64,000 bases of DNA from Pomacea canaliculata (lineage: Eukaryota), in contig NC_037593.1 in assembly GCF_003073045.1 (NCBI RefSeq), positions 29,329,367-29,393,366 of the forward strand, written 5' to 3'. Position numbers and translations under genes: made by a program. Below are positions 36,838 to 51,293 of the stretch, one piece after another. Numbering within the stretch: position 1 is the first letter of the stretch; every line of letters starts with the position of its first letter. Below the pieces are notes generated by a model. It worked only from the letters and a program-made list of their open reading frames with translations, was not told where the DNA came from and ran no database searches.

Positions 36838-37085
36838 ATAAAACTGTCAGCCCTTTGAACTTAGAAATTGTAATGTAGATTAGCCAACGGTCATGTAATC
36901 AAAATTCTCATTTGATCATGTAATTTACCCATGTAATTATTAGCCTTGCATAAAAGTTATTCACTTTACATAACCGAGACAGTGTATGGAATGCGTGAAT
37001 GGTTGGTGTGATGGAACACAAACGTCCCTTTCTTTGATTTTTCAGTAGAACTTTATTTATTTATTTATTTATTTATTTAAGACTT
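36838..37085 (+). repeat. Duplicated 3'-flank segment (paralogous copy at 40901-41165, immediately downstream of SULT-10)
   Basis: 'aaaactgtcagccctttgaac..gtaatgtagattagccaac..catgtaat..cttgcataaaagttattcactttacataaccgagacagtgtatggaatgcgtgaatggttggtgtgatggaacacaaacgtccctttctttgatttttcagtagaactttatttattta' vs 40901 'caaaaactgtcagccctttgacc..ctgtaatgtatgattatccaac..cctgtataaaagtcgttcactttacagaacctacacaggtgtgcggcaatggttggtgtgatcgaaaacaaacgtcgtcttctttgatttttcaataaaactttatttattta'. Confidence 0.7.
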
Positions 37086-37169
37086 GCTTTTGTGGAATCC
37101 TAAAACGTGTGCTTATATTAAACGTGTTTATTGCATCAACTAAATAATCGCCAGTAGTGTCTAGTATAT

Positions 37170-37350
37170 TTACATGAACACACAAAAGATGATAAGACAG
37201 TCCTGTATATCTGACCTTTTAGATAACGAGAGATCGTTGTTCGTTGAACACCTACTCATGATAGCAACATTACAGAGCATGTTACCACATGATAGCAACA
37301 TTACAGAGCATGTTACCCCCATGATAGCAACAGTACAGAGGATGCTACCC
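37170..37350 (+). repeat. Dispersed repeat family, second copy at ~55905-56000
   Basis: 'cctgtatatctgaccttttagataacgagagatcgttgttcgttgaacacc..acagagcatgttacc' vs 55911 'gtgtatatctgaccttttagataacgagggttcattcttcgtgcaacacc..acagagcatattaccc'. Gives similar spurious ORFs (..CISDLLDNE..). Confidence 0.7.
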
Positions 37351-38255
37351 AAAGCAAAGAGCCAAGAGTAGACTCATCTTGTCACGAAGAAGACTCAAAT
37401 TTTTATTCGCATTTTGTATCTCCCCTCTTGACACCTGATGATCACCCCGAGGGTGCTAAATTCGTCTGAGTGAAGATGAACAACTACAGTGTGTTTAGAA
37501 GAGTCGAGAAACCAGGGTTCCTTCTGGCAGACACACAGTCGCCTAGCAGTCACCTAGAAGATAGAAAATTAATTGTGGTCATCACACACCATTAAATTCT
37601 GTGCCCAAAGTTTCAGTGTCACTGGAGATTTTTCAAACGGTCAGTTTTGGTGGAAGATAAGTAAAAATTAATCAAAAACTCTTCGCAATATAGTGTATGG
37701 GCTGGTCCCTTTGTTAGATCAGCATGATCTACACTTGTTTAAAATAGTATTTCCTTTTGCAAAACCCATAGCAAAGGAATCGGGATTCAGAACTTAAATG
37801 TTATGATTTAAGCAAAAAGTTATTGCTCAGAGTGTCATTACTGTTGTTTGTCGGGGAGCTGGGTGAGTTTCTATGTTTACACAGCTCTGTCACGACTAAA
37901 ACCATTGAAATATCACGTGCATAAAATTTTTTTCTAGGTGGAGACTCTAACAGTGCAGTTGTAACAAATGGTGCACGACAAAGCCATTAGTATTAGTCCA
38001 CCAAATGTTTTTAAGTTATTCAATATTATCGATGTTTATTTACTTCTGTTTTTCAGATTAAAAATTCCTGCTTTCTTTTCACGAATTCGTTGGCTTACAT
38101 TAATGCTTCCATCTTTACAAAAGCACTGAGCAAATTACTTTTCTATAATAAAAATAAATTAAAATCAAAAGAGTTCATTAGTTTATCAAATTAATTTTAT
38201 TTGGTAAATGCAAGATTTCAGACAAATTTGTTTTTGAAAAGAACGGAAAACGATA

Positions 38256-38502
38256 ATGGAGTCAGAAGTTGCCCAAACAACGCCAGCCACATCACGTGAC
38301 CTCTCTGCCCGCTATGGGACAACAGGAACTCTGACTTACCTCGGAGATGACCCCCGACCTTTCACCTATGTTCTCGACGGTTACGCCTGTATGCCGTTTG
38401 TTCCACCGACGCTGTCGACGACTTTAGATGTTCATATTGATAATCTCAAAAACATGCAGCTTCGGGATGATGACATGATAATATGTGCTTATCCTAAGGC
38501 AG
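38256..38502 (+). CDS. SULT-10 cytosolic sulfotransferase (subfamily II), coding exon 1 of 5
   Basis: ATG at 38256 'MESEVAQTTPATSRDLSARYGTTGTLTYLGDDPRPFTYVLDGYACMPFVPPTLSTTLDVHIDNLKNMQLRDDDMIICAYPKA(G)'. GTGGGT donor. Confidence 0.85.
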
Positions 38503-38988
38503 GTGGGTAAATTGGTAAAGCTAACCATCTCGATCCTTGAACCAACTCTAACACACAAACTACACACAAGCGAGCACGAGTAAATATACACACTTGTATC
38601 TCTCAAGCAGAACATCCTTCAGCCTTGAAGAAAGATTTCTTTAAAAGGTTTAAGATAATATTGATTAGGGTAACAAATAAATAATTAAACAATAGAACAA
38701 TTGATAGAGATCATATAAGGATTGGGGACCTTCTGTGATCTGGTTATCAGTGATTTCGATTGTTGACCAGAAAATCGCACGTTCGATACCGACTTCGGTC
38801 TGTTCCTTAAAAAAGCCTCGCCTATCAGGGGAAGTAAAAATAAGGAGTGGGGAGAACTTCATTTGTTGCCGTTGAGTCCACTTTACAATAGGACTCTGTA
38901 CTTCCCCTTTAATAAAGAAAATCAAAACCATAATAGTTATCGACGGAAGGAGAAATCTATGCTTTGTCTTCCCTTAATCATTTTTCAG

Positions 38989-39315
38989 GAACTCACTGGC
39001 TGTGGGAGGTGACCTCCATGTTGTTGCAGGGCAAGGCCGAGTATGACAGTCGCCCCAAGGAGGAACTCATGATGGAGTTCATTGACGTTGACAAACTGGA
39101 GAAAACACCTTCTCCCAGGATCCTCAACTCCCACCTGCCCTTCTACATGCTGCCATGGCAACAAATGAAGGGGAAACGAACAAAGATCCTATATGTGTAT
39201 CGAAATCCCAAAGATTCCTGTGTGTCCTTCTATCACCATATGAAAGCCTTTGATGAGGGTCCGATCCATGACATGGCATTCAACGATTTCTGCGAGTTAT
39301 TTTTCTTTGGAAAAT
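38989..39315 (+). CDS. SULT-10 coding exon 2
   Basis: 'tttttcag|GAACTCACTGG'. '(G)THWLWEVTSMLLQGKAEYDSRPKEELMMEFIDVDKLEKTPSPRILNSHLPFYMLPWQQMKGKRTKILYVYRNPKDSCVSFYHHMKAFDEGPIHDMAFNDFCELFFFGK(C)'. GTGGGT donor. 327 nt. Confidence 0.85.
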
Positions 39316-40043
39316 GTGGGTAACATATTTGTGTCTGTTTGGGGGGTTATTTTATTTTGTTTTGTTTCGTTTGTTGTTTTGTTTCGTTTTCTTTTTTTGT
39401 TAGTAGCCAAATTGTCAAGACTTCAATACAGTAAACAATAATTTATACATGTCATACTTATATATTTATTTATTGTTAACAAATCTCAATGAACCTCCTT
39501 AATGTATACTTAGCTGCTATTATTTCTTAAATTTCACAGTTAAAATTTTGCTGACTTCAAAGTTAATTTTTACTTTGTTTTGAGTCTTCCCTTTCGTAAA
39601 TTTAGTTTTTTTGATTCACGTAAAGTAAATTTTGAATAGAGTGATTAAACGTTTTGCTGTGCCTGATGGAAAATTCTTTTTTTTTTCCTAAGGTGTTCTT
39701 GCAAACCACTAATAATAAAAACGGAAAAATAGGAAAAGAAAAAAAAACAACCAAAACAACCAAACAACTTCTTTAAACATGTAATTTGAAAAAATATTTT
39801 AAATTTCAATTTTCTATTAAAGTTTTTGTCAGTGAATAAATATTCAGTTTCCTTTGATCTTAAACATTCTCTGGAATGCTCATTTGAAATGTTTGTGTAA
39901 ATTTTTGTTTATTTTGCCGATTTCAAGGGCATTAAAAAGAGAAAAACAAGGCAGAACTGTTTATTAAAAATGCTGATCACCTTCAAGATGTACATGTTGC
40001 ATAAAAGATAAAATTTATTTCATGCACAAAAATCTCATTTCAG

Positions 40044-40147
40044 TGCCATTCGACAACTACTTCTGGCACATGAAGCAGGTAACCACATTTGTAGAGGAGA
40101 ACCCCGACCTGCCAGTTCTGACTCTGTCGTTTGAAGACATGAAGAAG
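40044..40147 (+). CDS. SULT-10 coding exon 3
   Basis: 'ctcatttcag|TGCCATTCGACAACTAC'. '(x)PFDNYFWHMKQVTTFVEENPDLPVLTLSFEDMKK'. GTTGGT donor. 104 nt. Confidence 0.8.
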
Positions 40148-40318
40148 GTTGGTTCATATTTCACAGTCTACTTCAAATTATTCTTTCACAAAAATTCTGC
40201 CTTCAACATTCAACTCCAGTTTTAAGCAACAATCAAAAATATAAAGCGATGCAGATGTAGACGCTTTCTGATGCCCATTTTTTTAGTTCTCTTGAAGCCT
40301 TTTTTTGATTTATTTCAG

Positions 40319-40514
40319 AATCCCTTAGAAAATGTGAAACGTTTGGCCAAGTTTTTGGAACTGGATGTCGACGAACAGCTTTGTAAAGACATCACCGATG
40401 CCTGCAGCTTCAATAATTTGAAGAAAGGAGCTGCGCTGAAAAAAATCCCGCTTTCAATTTTAGAAATGGAAAATGCGGAGAAAAAACCTCCCCCTCTTGA
40501 ATTTTACCGAAAAG
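40319..40514 (+). CDS. SULT-10 coding exon 4
   Basis: 'tttatttcag|AATCCCTTAGAAAATGTG'. 'NPLENVKRLAKFLELDVDEQLCKDITDACSFNNLKKGAALKKIPLSILEMENAEKKPPPLEFYRK(G)'. GTCAGT donor. 196 nt. Confidence 0.8.
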
Positions 40515-40719
40515 GTCAGTTTTACTACTTGACAAAACTGTATAAATAAATGTATCAATCACAATGAGTCCTAGCATGTCTTGGAAGTCTCAGTGTGTGC
40601 GTGAGAGTACGCGCATCGGTTTAATATTTTTCACTGTCTCAAAAAGTCCATTTTTATTTATTTATTTACTTATGCAGCATTTTCACAAGTAAATAATGTA
40701 GTCTGTACTACATTTGCAG

Positions 40720-40829
40720 GAGAAATAGGAGACTGGAAAAACTATTTCACGGTGGCCATGAGCGAAAAAATGGACGGCGCCATTAAAGACCGGATGGAAG
40801 GACTTCCTTACGGCCTGCAGTACTCGTGA
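40720..40829 (+). CDS. SULT-10 coding exon 5
   Basis: 'catttgcag|GAGAAATAGGAGACTGG'. '(G)[35 protein letters not shown]'. TGA stop at 40827-40829. Exon sum 984 nt. Confidence 0.85.
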
Positions 40830-41340
40830 TGCCGGCCATGATGTTTTGTTTATTTACACAATCAGCTCCCTCTGCACCCAGATGTGTATTTCTAAGCGTT
40901 CAAAAACTGTCAGCCCTTTGACCTTTCAGACACAATTTAAGACACTGTAATGTATGATTATCCAACTACTGTCATATCAGAACTCTCATGTAATCAGAAA
41001 TATAATTCACACATATAATTATCATATATATCACACATATAATTATCCCTGTATAAAAGTCGTTCACTTTACAGAACCTACACAGGTGTGCGGCAATGGT
41101 TGGTGTGATCGAAAACAAACGTCGTCTTCTTTGATTTTTCAATAAAACTTTATTTATTTAGCAACGGTTTACTGAATAATGTGCTCGTGTTTGTGTAAAA
41201 AAAAATTTTACAGATTAATGTTACACCTTTACATCAATACAAATTAATATCAAAATATATATTACATCAACTAATAAGGAAGAAAAATATACAGATATAT
41301 ATATATTCAAGTGTCGATTCCCAAGTAGAGTCTAGTATCT

Positions 41341-44300
41341 CACTCACTCACTCACTCACTCACTCACTCACTCACTCACTCACTCACTCACTCACTCACT
41401 CACTCACTCACTCACTCACTCACTCACTCACTCACTCACTCACTCACTCACTCACTCACTCACTCACTCACTCACTCACTCACTCACTCACTCACTCACT
41501 CACTCACTCACTCACTCACTCACTCACTCACTCACTCACTCACTCACTCACTCACTCACTCACTCACTCACTCACTCACTCACTCACTCACTCACTCACT
41601 CACTCACTCACTCACTCACTCACTCACTCACTCACTCACTCACTCACTCACTCACTCACTCACTCACTCACTCACTCACTCACTCACTCACTCACTCACT
41701 CACTCACTCACTCACTCACTCACTCACTCACTCACTCACTCACTCACTCACTCACTCACTCACTCACTCACTCACTCACTCACTCACTCACTCACTCACT
41801 CACTCACTCACTCACTCACTCACTCACTCACTCACTCACTCACTCACTCACTCACTCACTCACTCACTCACTCACTCACTCACTCACTCACTCACTCACT
41901 CACTCACTCACTCACTCACTCACTCACTCACTCACTCACTCACTCACTCACTCACTCACTCACTCACTCACTCACTCACTCACTCACTCACTCACTCACT
42001 CACTCACTCACTCACTCACTCACTCACTCACTCACTCACTCACTCACTCACTCACTCACTCACTCACTCACTCACTCACTCACTCACTCACTCACTCACT
42101 CACTCACTCACTCACTCACTCACTCACTCACTCACTCACTCACTCACTCACTCACTCACTCACTCACTCACTCACTCACTCACTCACTCACTCACTCACT
42201 CACTCACTCACTCACTCACTCACTCACTCACTCACTCACTCACTCACTCACTCACTCACTCACTCACTCACTCACTCACTCACTCACTCACTCACTCACT
42301 CACTCACTCACTCACTCACTCACTCACTCACTCACTCACTCACTCACTCACTCACTCACTCACTCACTCACTCACTCACTCACTCACTCACTCACTCACT
42401 CACTCACTCACTCACTCACTCACTCACTCACTCACTCACTCACTCACTCACTCACTCACTCACTCACTCACTCACTCACTCACTCACTCACTCACTCACT
42501 CACTCACTCACTCACTCACTCACTCACTCACTCACTCACTCACTCACTCACTCACTCACTCACTCACTCACTCACTCACTCACTCACTCACTCACTCACT
42601 CACTCACTCACTCACTCACTCACTCACTCACTCACTCACTCACTCACTCACTCACTCACTCACTCACTCACTCACTCACTCACTCACTCACTCACTCACT
42701 CACTCACTCACTCACTCACTCACTCACTCACTCACTCACTCACTCACTCACTCACTCACTCACTCACTCACTCACTCACTCACTCACTCACTCACTCACT
42801 CACTCACTCACTCACTCACTCACTCACTCACTCACTCACTCACTCACTCACTCACTCACTCACTCACTCACTCACTCACTCACTCACTCACTCACTCACT
42901 CACTCACTCACTCACTCACTCACTCACTCACTCACTCACTCACTCACTCACTCACTCACTCACTCACTCACTCACTCACTCACTCACTCACTCACTCACT
43001 CACTCACTCACTCACTCACTCACTCACTCACTCACTCACTCACTCACTCACTCACTCACTCACTCACTCACTCACTCACTCACTCACTCACTCACTCACT
43101 CACTCACTCACTCACTCACTCACTCACTCACTCACTCACTCACTCACTCACTCACTCACTCACTCACTCACTCACTCACTCACTCACTCACTCACTCACT
43201 CACTCACTCACTCACTCACTCACTCACTCACTCACTCACTCACTCACTCACTCACTCACTCACTCACTCACTCACTCACTCACTCACTCACTCACTCACT
43301 CACTCACTCACTCACTCACTCACTCACTCACTCACTCACTCACTCACTCACTCACTCACTCACTCACTCACTCACTCACTCACTCACTCACTCACTCACT
43401 CACTCACTCACTCACTCACTCACTCACTCACTCACTCACTCACTCACTCACTCACTCACTCACTCACTCACTCACTCACTCACTCACTCACTCACTCACT
43501 CACTCACTCACTCACTCACTCACTCACTCACTCACTCACTCACTCACTCACTCACTCACTCACTCACTCACTCACTCACTCACTCACTCACTCACTCACT
43601 CACTCACTCACTCACTCACTCACTCACTCACTCACTCACTCACTCACTCACTCACTCACTCACTCACTCACTCACTCACTCACTCACTCACTCACTCACT
43701 CACTCACTCACTCACTCACTCACTCACTCACTCACTCACTCACTCACTCACTCACTCACTCACTCACTCACTCACTCACTCACTCACTCACTCACTCACT
43801 CACTCACTCACTCACTCACTCACTCACTCACTCACTCACTCACTCACTCACTCACTCACTCACTCACTCACTCACTCACTCACTCACTCACTCACTCACT
43901 CACTCACTCACTCACTCACTCACTCACTCACTCACTCACTCACTCACTCACTCACTCACTCACTCACTCACTCACTCACTCACTCACTCACTCACTCACT
44001 CACTCACTCACTCACTCACTCACTCACTCACTCACTCACTCACTCACTCACTCACTCACTCACTCACTCACTCACTCACTCACTCACTCACTCACTCACT
44101 CACTCACTCACTCACTCACTCACTCACTCACTCACTCACTCACTCACTCACTCACTCACTCACTCACTCACTCACTCACTCACTCACTCACTCACTCACT
44201 CACTCACTCACTCACTCACTCACTCACTCACTCACTCACTCACTCACTCACTCACTCACTCACTCACTCACTCACTCACTCACTCACTCACTCACTCACT

Positions 44301-47300
44301 CACTCACTCACTCACTCACTCACTCACTCACTCACTCACTCACTCACTCACTCACTCACTCACTCACTCACTCACTCACTCACTCACTCACTCACTCACT
44401 CACTCACTCACTCACTCACTCACTCACTCACTCACTCACTCACTCACTCACTCACTCACTCACTCACTCACTCACTCACTCACTCACTCACTCACTCACT
44501 CACTCACTCACTCACTCACTCACTCACTCACTCACTCACTCACTCACTCACTCACTCACTCACTCACTCACTCACTCACTCACTCACTCACTCACTCACT
44601 CACTCACTCACTCACTCACTCACTCACTCACTCACTCACTCACTCACTCACTCACTCACTCACTCACTCACTCACTCACTCACTCACTCACTCACTCACT
44701 CACTCACTCACTCACTCACTCACTCACTCACTCACTCACTCACTCACTCACTCACTCACTCACTCACTCACTCACTCACTCACTCACTCACTCACTCACT
44801 CACTCACTCACTCACTCACTCACTCACTCACTCACTCACTCACTCACTCACTCACTCACTCACTCACTCACTCACTCACTCACTCACTCACTCACTCACT
44901 CACTCACTCACTCACTCACTCACTCACTCACTCACTCACTCACTCACTCACTCACTCACTCACTCACTCACTCACTCACTCACTCACTCACTCACTCACT
45001 CACTCACTCACTCACTCACTCACTCACTCACTCACTCACTCACTCACTCACTCACTCACTCACTCACTCACTCACTCACTCACTCACTCACTCACTCACT
45101 CACTCACTCACTCACTCACTCACTCACTCACTCACTCACTCACTCACTCACTCACTCACTCACTCACTCACTCACTCACTCACTCACTCACTCACTCACT
45201 CACTCACTCACTCACTCACTCACTCACTCACTCACTCACTCACTCACTCACTCACTCACTCACTCACTCACTCACTCACTCACTCACTCACTCACTCACT
45301 CACTCACTCACTCACTCACTCACTCACTCACTCACTCACTCACTCACTCACTCACTCACTCACTCACTCACTCACTCACTCACTCACTCACTCACTCACT
45401 CACTCACTCACTCACTCACTCACTCACTCACTCACTCACTCACTCACTCACTCACTCACTCACTCACTCACTCACTCACTCACTCACTCACTCACTCACT
45501 CACTCACTCACTCACTCACTCACTCACTCACTCACTCACTCACTCACTCACTCACTCACTCACTCACTCACTCACTCACTCACTCACTCACTCACTCACT
45601 CACTCACTCACTCACTCACTCACTCACTCACTCACTCACTCACTCACTCACTCACTCACTCACTCACTCACTCACTCACTCACTCACTCACTCACTCACT
45701 CACTCACTCACTCACTCACTCACTCACTCACTCACTCACTCACTCACTCACTCACTCACTCACTCACTCACTCACTCACTCACTCACTCACTCACTCACT
45801 CACTCACTCACTCACTCACTCACTCACTCACTCACTCACTCACTCACTCACTCACTCACTCACTCACTCACTCACTCACTCACTCACTCACTCACTCACT
45901 CACTCACTCACTCACTCACTCACTCACTCACTCACTCACTCACTCACTCACTCACTCACTCACTCACTCACTCACTCACTCACTCACTCACTCACTCACT
46001 CACTCACTCACTCACTCACTCACTCACTCACTCACTCACTCACTCACTCACTCACTCACTCACTCACTCACTCACTCACTCACTCACTCACTCACTCACT
46101 CACTCACTCACTCACTCACTCACTCACTCACTCACTCACTCACTCACTCACTCACTCACTCACTCACTCACTCACTCACTCACTCACTCACTCACTCACT
46201 CACTCACTCACTCACTCACTCACTCACTCACTCACTCACTCACTCACTCACTCACTCACTCACTCACTCACTCACTCACTCACTCACTCACTCACTCACT
46301 CACTCACTCACTCACTCACTCACTCACTCACTCACTCACTCACTCACTCACTCACTCACTCACTCACTCACTCACTCACTCACTCACTCACTCACTCACT
46401 CACTCACTCACTCACTCACTCACTCACTCACTCACTCACTCACTCACTCACTCACTCACTCACTCACTCACTCACTCACTCACTCACTCACTCACTCACT
46501 CACTCACTCACTCACTCACTCACTCACTCACTCACTCACTCACTCACTCACTCACTCACTCACTCACTCACTCACTCACTCACTCACTCACTCACTCACT
46601 CACTCACTCACTCACTCACTCACTCACTCACTCACTCACTCACTCACTCACTCACTCACTCACTCACTCACTCACTCACTCACTCACTCACTCACTCACT
46701 CACTCACTCACTCACTCACTCACTCACTCACTCACTCACTCACTCACTCACTCACTCACTCACTCACTCACTCACTCACTCACTCACTCACTCACTCACT
46801 CACTCACTCACTCACTCACTCACTCACTCACTCACTCACTCACTCACTCACTCACTCACTCACTCACTCACTCACTCACTCACTCACTCACTCACTCACT
46901 CACTCACTCACTCACTCACTCACTCACTCACTCACTCACTCACTCACTCACTCACTCACTCACTCACTCACTCACTCACTCACTCACTCACTCACTCACT
47001 CACTCACTCACTCACTCACTCACTCACTCACTCACTCACTCACTCACTCACTCACTCACTCACTCACTCACTCACTCACTCACTCACTCACTCACTCACT
47101 CACTCACTCACTCACTCACTCACTCACTCACTCACTCACTCACTCACTCACTCACTCACTCACTCACTCACTCACTCACTCACTCACTCACTCACTCACT
47201 CACTCACTCACTCACTCACTCACTCACTCACTCACTCACTCACTCACTCACTCACTCACTCACTCACTCACTCACTCACTCACTCACTCACTCACTCACT

Positions 47301-49342
47301 CACTCACTCACTCACTCACTCACTCACTCACTCACTCACTCACTCACTCACTCACTCACTCACTCACTCACTCACTCACTCACTCACTCACTCACTCACT
47401 CACTCACTCACTCACTCACTCACTCACTCACTCACTCACTCACTCACTCACTCACTCACTCACTCACTCACTCACTCACTCACTCACTCACTCACTCACT
47501 CACTCACTCACTCACTCACTCACTCACTCACTCACTCACTCACTCACTCACTCACTCACTCACTCACTCACTCACTCACTCACTCACTCACTCACTCACT
47601 CACTCACTCACTCACTCACTCACTCACTCACTCACTCACTCACTCACTCACTCACTCACTCACTCACTCACTCACTCACTCACTCACTCACTCACTCACT
47701 CACTCACTCACTCACTCACTCACTCACTCACTCACTCACTCACTCACTCACTCACTCACTCACTCACTCACTCACTCACTCACTCACTCACTCACTCACT
47801 CACTCACTCACTCACTCACTCACTCACTCACTCACTCACTCACTCACTCACTCACTCACTCACTCACTCACTCACTCACTCACTCACTCACTCACTCACT
47901 CACTCACTCACTCACTCACTCACTCACTCACTCACTCACTCACTCACTCACTCACTCACTCACTCACTCACTCACTCACTCACTCACTCACTCACTCACT
48001 CACTCACTCACTCACTCACTCACTCACTCACTCACTCACTCACTCACTCACTCACTCACTCACTCACTCACTCACTCACTCACTCACTCACTCACTCACT
48101 CACTCACTCACTCACTCACTCACTCACTCACTCACTCACTCACTCACTCACTCACTCACTCACTCACTCACTCACTCACTCACTCACTCACTCACTCACT
48201 CACTCACTCACTCACTCACTCACTCACTCACTCACTCACTCACTCACTCACTCACTCACTCACTCACTCACTCACTCACTCACTCACTCACTCACTCACT
48301 CACTCACTCACTCACTCACTCACTCACTCACTCACTCACTCACTCACTCACTCACTCACTCACTCACTCACTCACTCACTCACTCACTCACTCACTCACT
48401 CACTCACTCACTCACTCACTCACTCACTCACTCACTCACTCACTCACTCACTCACTCACTCACTCACTCACTCACTCACTCACTCACTCACTCACTCACT
48501 CACTCACTCACTCACTCACTCACTCACTCACTCACTCACTCACTCACTCACTCACTCACTCACTCACTCACTCACTCACTCACTCACTCACTCACTCACT
48601 CACTCACTCACTCACTCACTCACTCACTCACTCACTCACTCACTCACTCACTCACTCACTCACTCACTCACTCACTCACTCACTCACTCACTCACTCACT
48701 CACTCACTCACTCACTCACTCACTCACTCACTCACTCACTCACTCACTCACTCACTCACTCACTCACTCACTCACTCACTCACTCACTCACTCACTCACT
48801 CACTCACTCACTCACTCACTCACTCACTCACTCACTCACTCACTCACTCACTCACTCACTCACTCACTCACTCACTCACTCACTCACTCACTCACTCACT
48901 CACTCACTCACTCACTCACTCACTCACTCACTCACTCACTCACTCACTCACTCACTCACTCACTCACTCACTCACTCACTCACTCACTCACTCACTCACT
49001 CACTCACTCACTCACTCACTCACTCACTCACTCACTCACTCACTCACTCACTCACTCACTCACTCACTCACTCACTCACTCACTCACTCACTCACTCACT
49101 CACTCACTCACTCACTCACTCACTCACTCACTCACTCACTCACTCACTCACTCACTCACTCACTCACTCACTCACTCACTCACTCACTCACTCACTCACT
49201 CACTCACTCACTCACTCACTCACTCACTCACTCACTCACTCACTCACTCACTCACTCACTCACTCACTCACTCACTCACTCACTCACTCACTCACTCACT
49301 CACTCACTCACTCACTCACTCACTCACTCACTCACTCACTCA
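41341..49342. repeat. Giant uninterrupted tetranucleotide microsatellite (CACT)n, ~8.0 kb, ~2000 units (AGTG on the opposite strand)
   Basis: Every 60-nt line from 41341 to 49320 reads cactcactca... with no variant base. The tract ends 'cactcactca|gacttttttt' at 49342 and begins after 'gtctagtatct' at 41340. Confidence 0.97.
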
Positions 49343-50300
49343 GACTTTTTTTATTTGTCACTGTCAGATTTGAACACACCACCTTTCAGTCTTCAGACCT
49401 CGTCTTTAGCCACCAGGCTATACAGCCGTTAGCAACTAACGTGCCTAAACTTCGTGAAAAAGTCAAGTTCGCCGTTTACAACAATCAACAAATCCGCTGA
49501 ACCGAGACGCACACGCCCAGAACCGGTGACGTCATCGACAACGAGGCTGCTGTTAACGAAGATGACTAGTGCACGACGGACCACAAACACCCTGCTACTG
49601 TCCCCCTAGGTCCCTCCAACTGCCAGGAACACACACGTCATACTCAATGGAGTGAACAAGATCGGAGTGACAGACGGCAACAACCTACCCGATCCTCTCC
49701 CCTCCAGACATCATTGTACGCGTGGTCAGAGTTGCCTGCCCAGTCAATGGAGGACATCGAAAACGGACAGCAGTACCCTACAAAGAACACCAACAAGAAA
49801 TAAGTGACAAGATGGCCCGGCCCTCCACAGTTCATGACAATTGCTATCCCATAATGTCGAGGACTGTGTGTGGACGGCAAGACACAATCAAGACAAGGGA
49901 GAGAATAAGTTTCACTGACCCAGTGACTACGCGACACGAGGTGTCCGTGCTAACGGTCACCAGGACACAGCACGGGACTCACCCGTGAAAATATTTCACA
50001 TCTTCAACTGCGACATCGACGGTTTGCTCGTGAAAACACACTATCCTGGCTTTGTACAAAGCATTAACGTGTTTGTTATTGTGTCTTACAGACATTGCTT
50101 GACGTCAGCAGTACACTGCAATGTTTCTCTGACTTCCAACGATACTTCAGTCCTGCTTCTACACTTACATCGCAAGGAAGAGCTGCCGGCCGATATCCTT
50201 GTTTTAGTAAAAAATGTATTTAATAAGTTTTTGCATAGACTGCAGTGTACGGTTGACAATTTTATTTTATTGCAATTTGACACCGAGTTTAACGAGACAA

Positions 50301-51293
50301 GTAGTTTACTGGCATGGACTCCTGTAGCCTACTGGCCGAAGTGGCTCATCATGTCTAGAGTACGCCCCGTGGAAAGCGGAATCAAAGCTTTCCCTCCTCC
50401 ACATTTACATCTGTAAGCTTTGTGTGTGTGTGTGGGTGCGTGCGTGCGTGGATGAGAGAGAGAGAGGGTGTGTGTGTTCTAGAGAGTGAGCGTTCTCTCT
50501 CTCTTTCAAGTCTCACTGGAGGGGTGCACGCATGTGTGTGTAAGAAAGAGCAAGATCACATTAAAAGAAATCCGTGATGACGCTCAATAAATAAATAACT
50601 AAATCATTATTCACCTTTCGATTTGTAACCGCATAAAATTCTAGAATGTGGAAAGGGATGGACTGCGGGTCAGCATTCATATGAAGACTGTTTTTCTACT
50701 CTCACCATCATGACAAGTGATCACTTGTTAGGATTTTCGAAACAAGTGAGATCACATCAGAGTTTGAAAAATATCAGTCTCATCAAAATAACCGACCTGA
50801 GGTCACTTGTAGGCGGCCATCTGGATGCACATCAAACACATGAACAGATGGCTGGCTTTATGCTTACAAACACTACCTGATGGAACATTACATGTGGAAA
50901 CACAGTGGCTAGTCAAGCAGCTAGTCCATCATGCCTTTGGCTTGAGTTTGTACTGAGCAACGCAAGCACTCGTAACCAAGCTAGCTATGTGCTAGCATAA
51001 TGCTTGGCATGGCCAGGATGAACAGACAAACAAACAAGCTAGCTATGTTCTAGCATAATGCTAGGCATGGCCAGGGTGAACAGACAAACAAACAAGCTAG
51101 CTATGTGCTAGCATAATGATTGGCATGGCCAGGGTGAACAGATAAACATGAATAAATGAGCGAAGTAGTTTACTGGCATGGACTCCTGTAGCCTACTGGC
51201 CGAAGTGGCTCATCATGTCTAGAGTACGTCCCGTGGAAAGCGGAATCAAAGCTTTCCCTCCGCCACATTTACATCTGTAAGCTTTAAATAGCT
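50301..51293. repeat. Two ~128-bp direct repeats (50301-50428 and 51166-51293) flanking a ~60-bp x3 tandem minisatellite (50940-51140) and (TG)n/(GA)n tracts
   Basis: 'agtagtttactggcatggactcctgtagcctactggccgaagtggctcatcatgtctagagtacg(c/t)cccgtggaaagcggaatcaaagctttccctcc(t/g)ccacatttacatctgtaagcttt' occurs twice. Between them, 'caagctagctatgtgctagcataatgcttggcatggccagggtgaacagacaaacaaa' repeats three times. Confidence 0.8.

Noticed and set aside
41341-49342. CRISPR array or other prokaryotic repeat-spacer structure
   Set aside because: The repeat is a pure 4-bp unit with no spacers. The whole window is eukaryotic (spliced genes, GT/AG introns), so no prokaryotic operon, CRISPR or defence-island interpretation applies.
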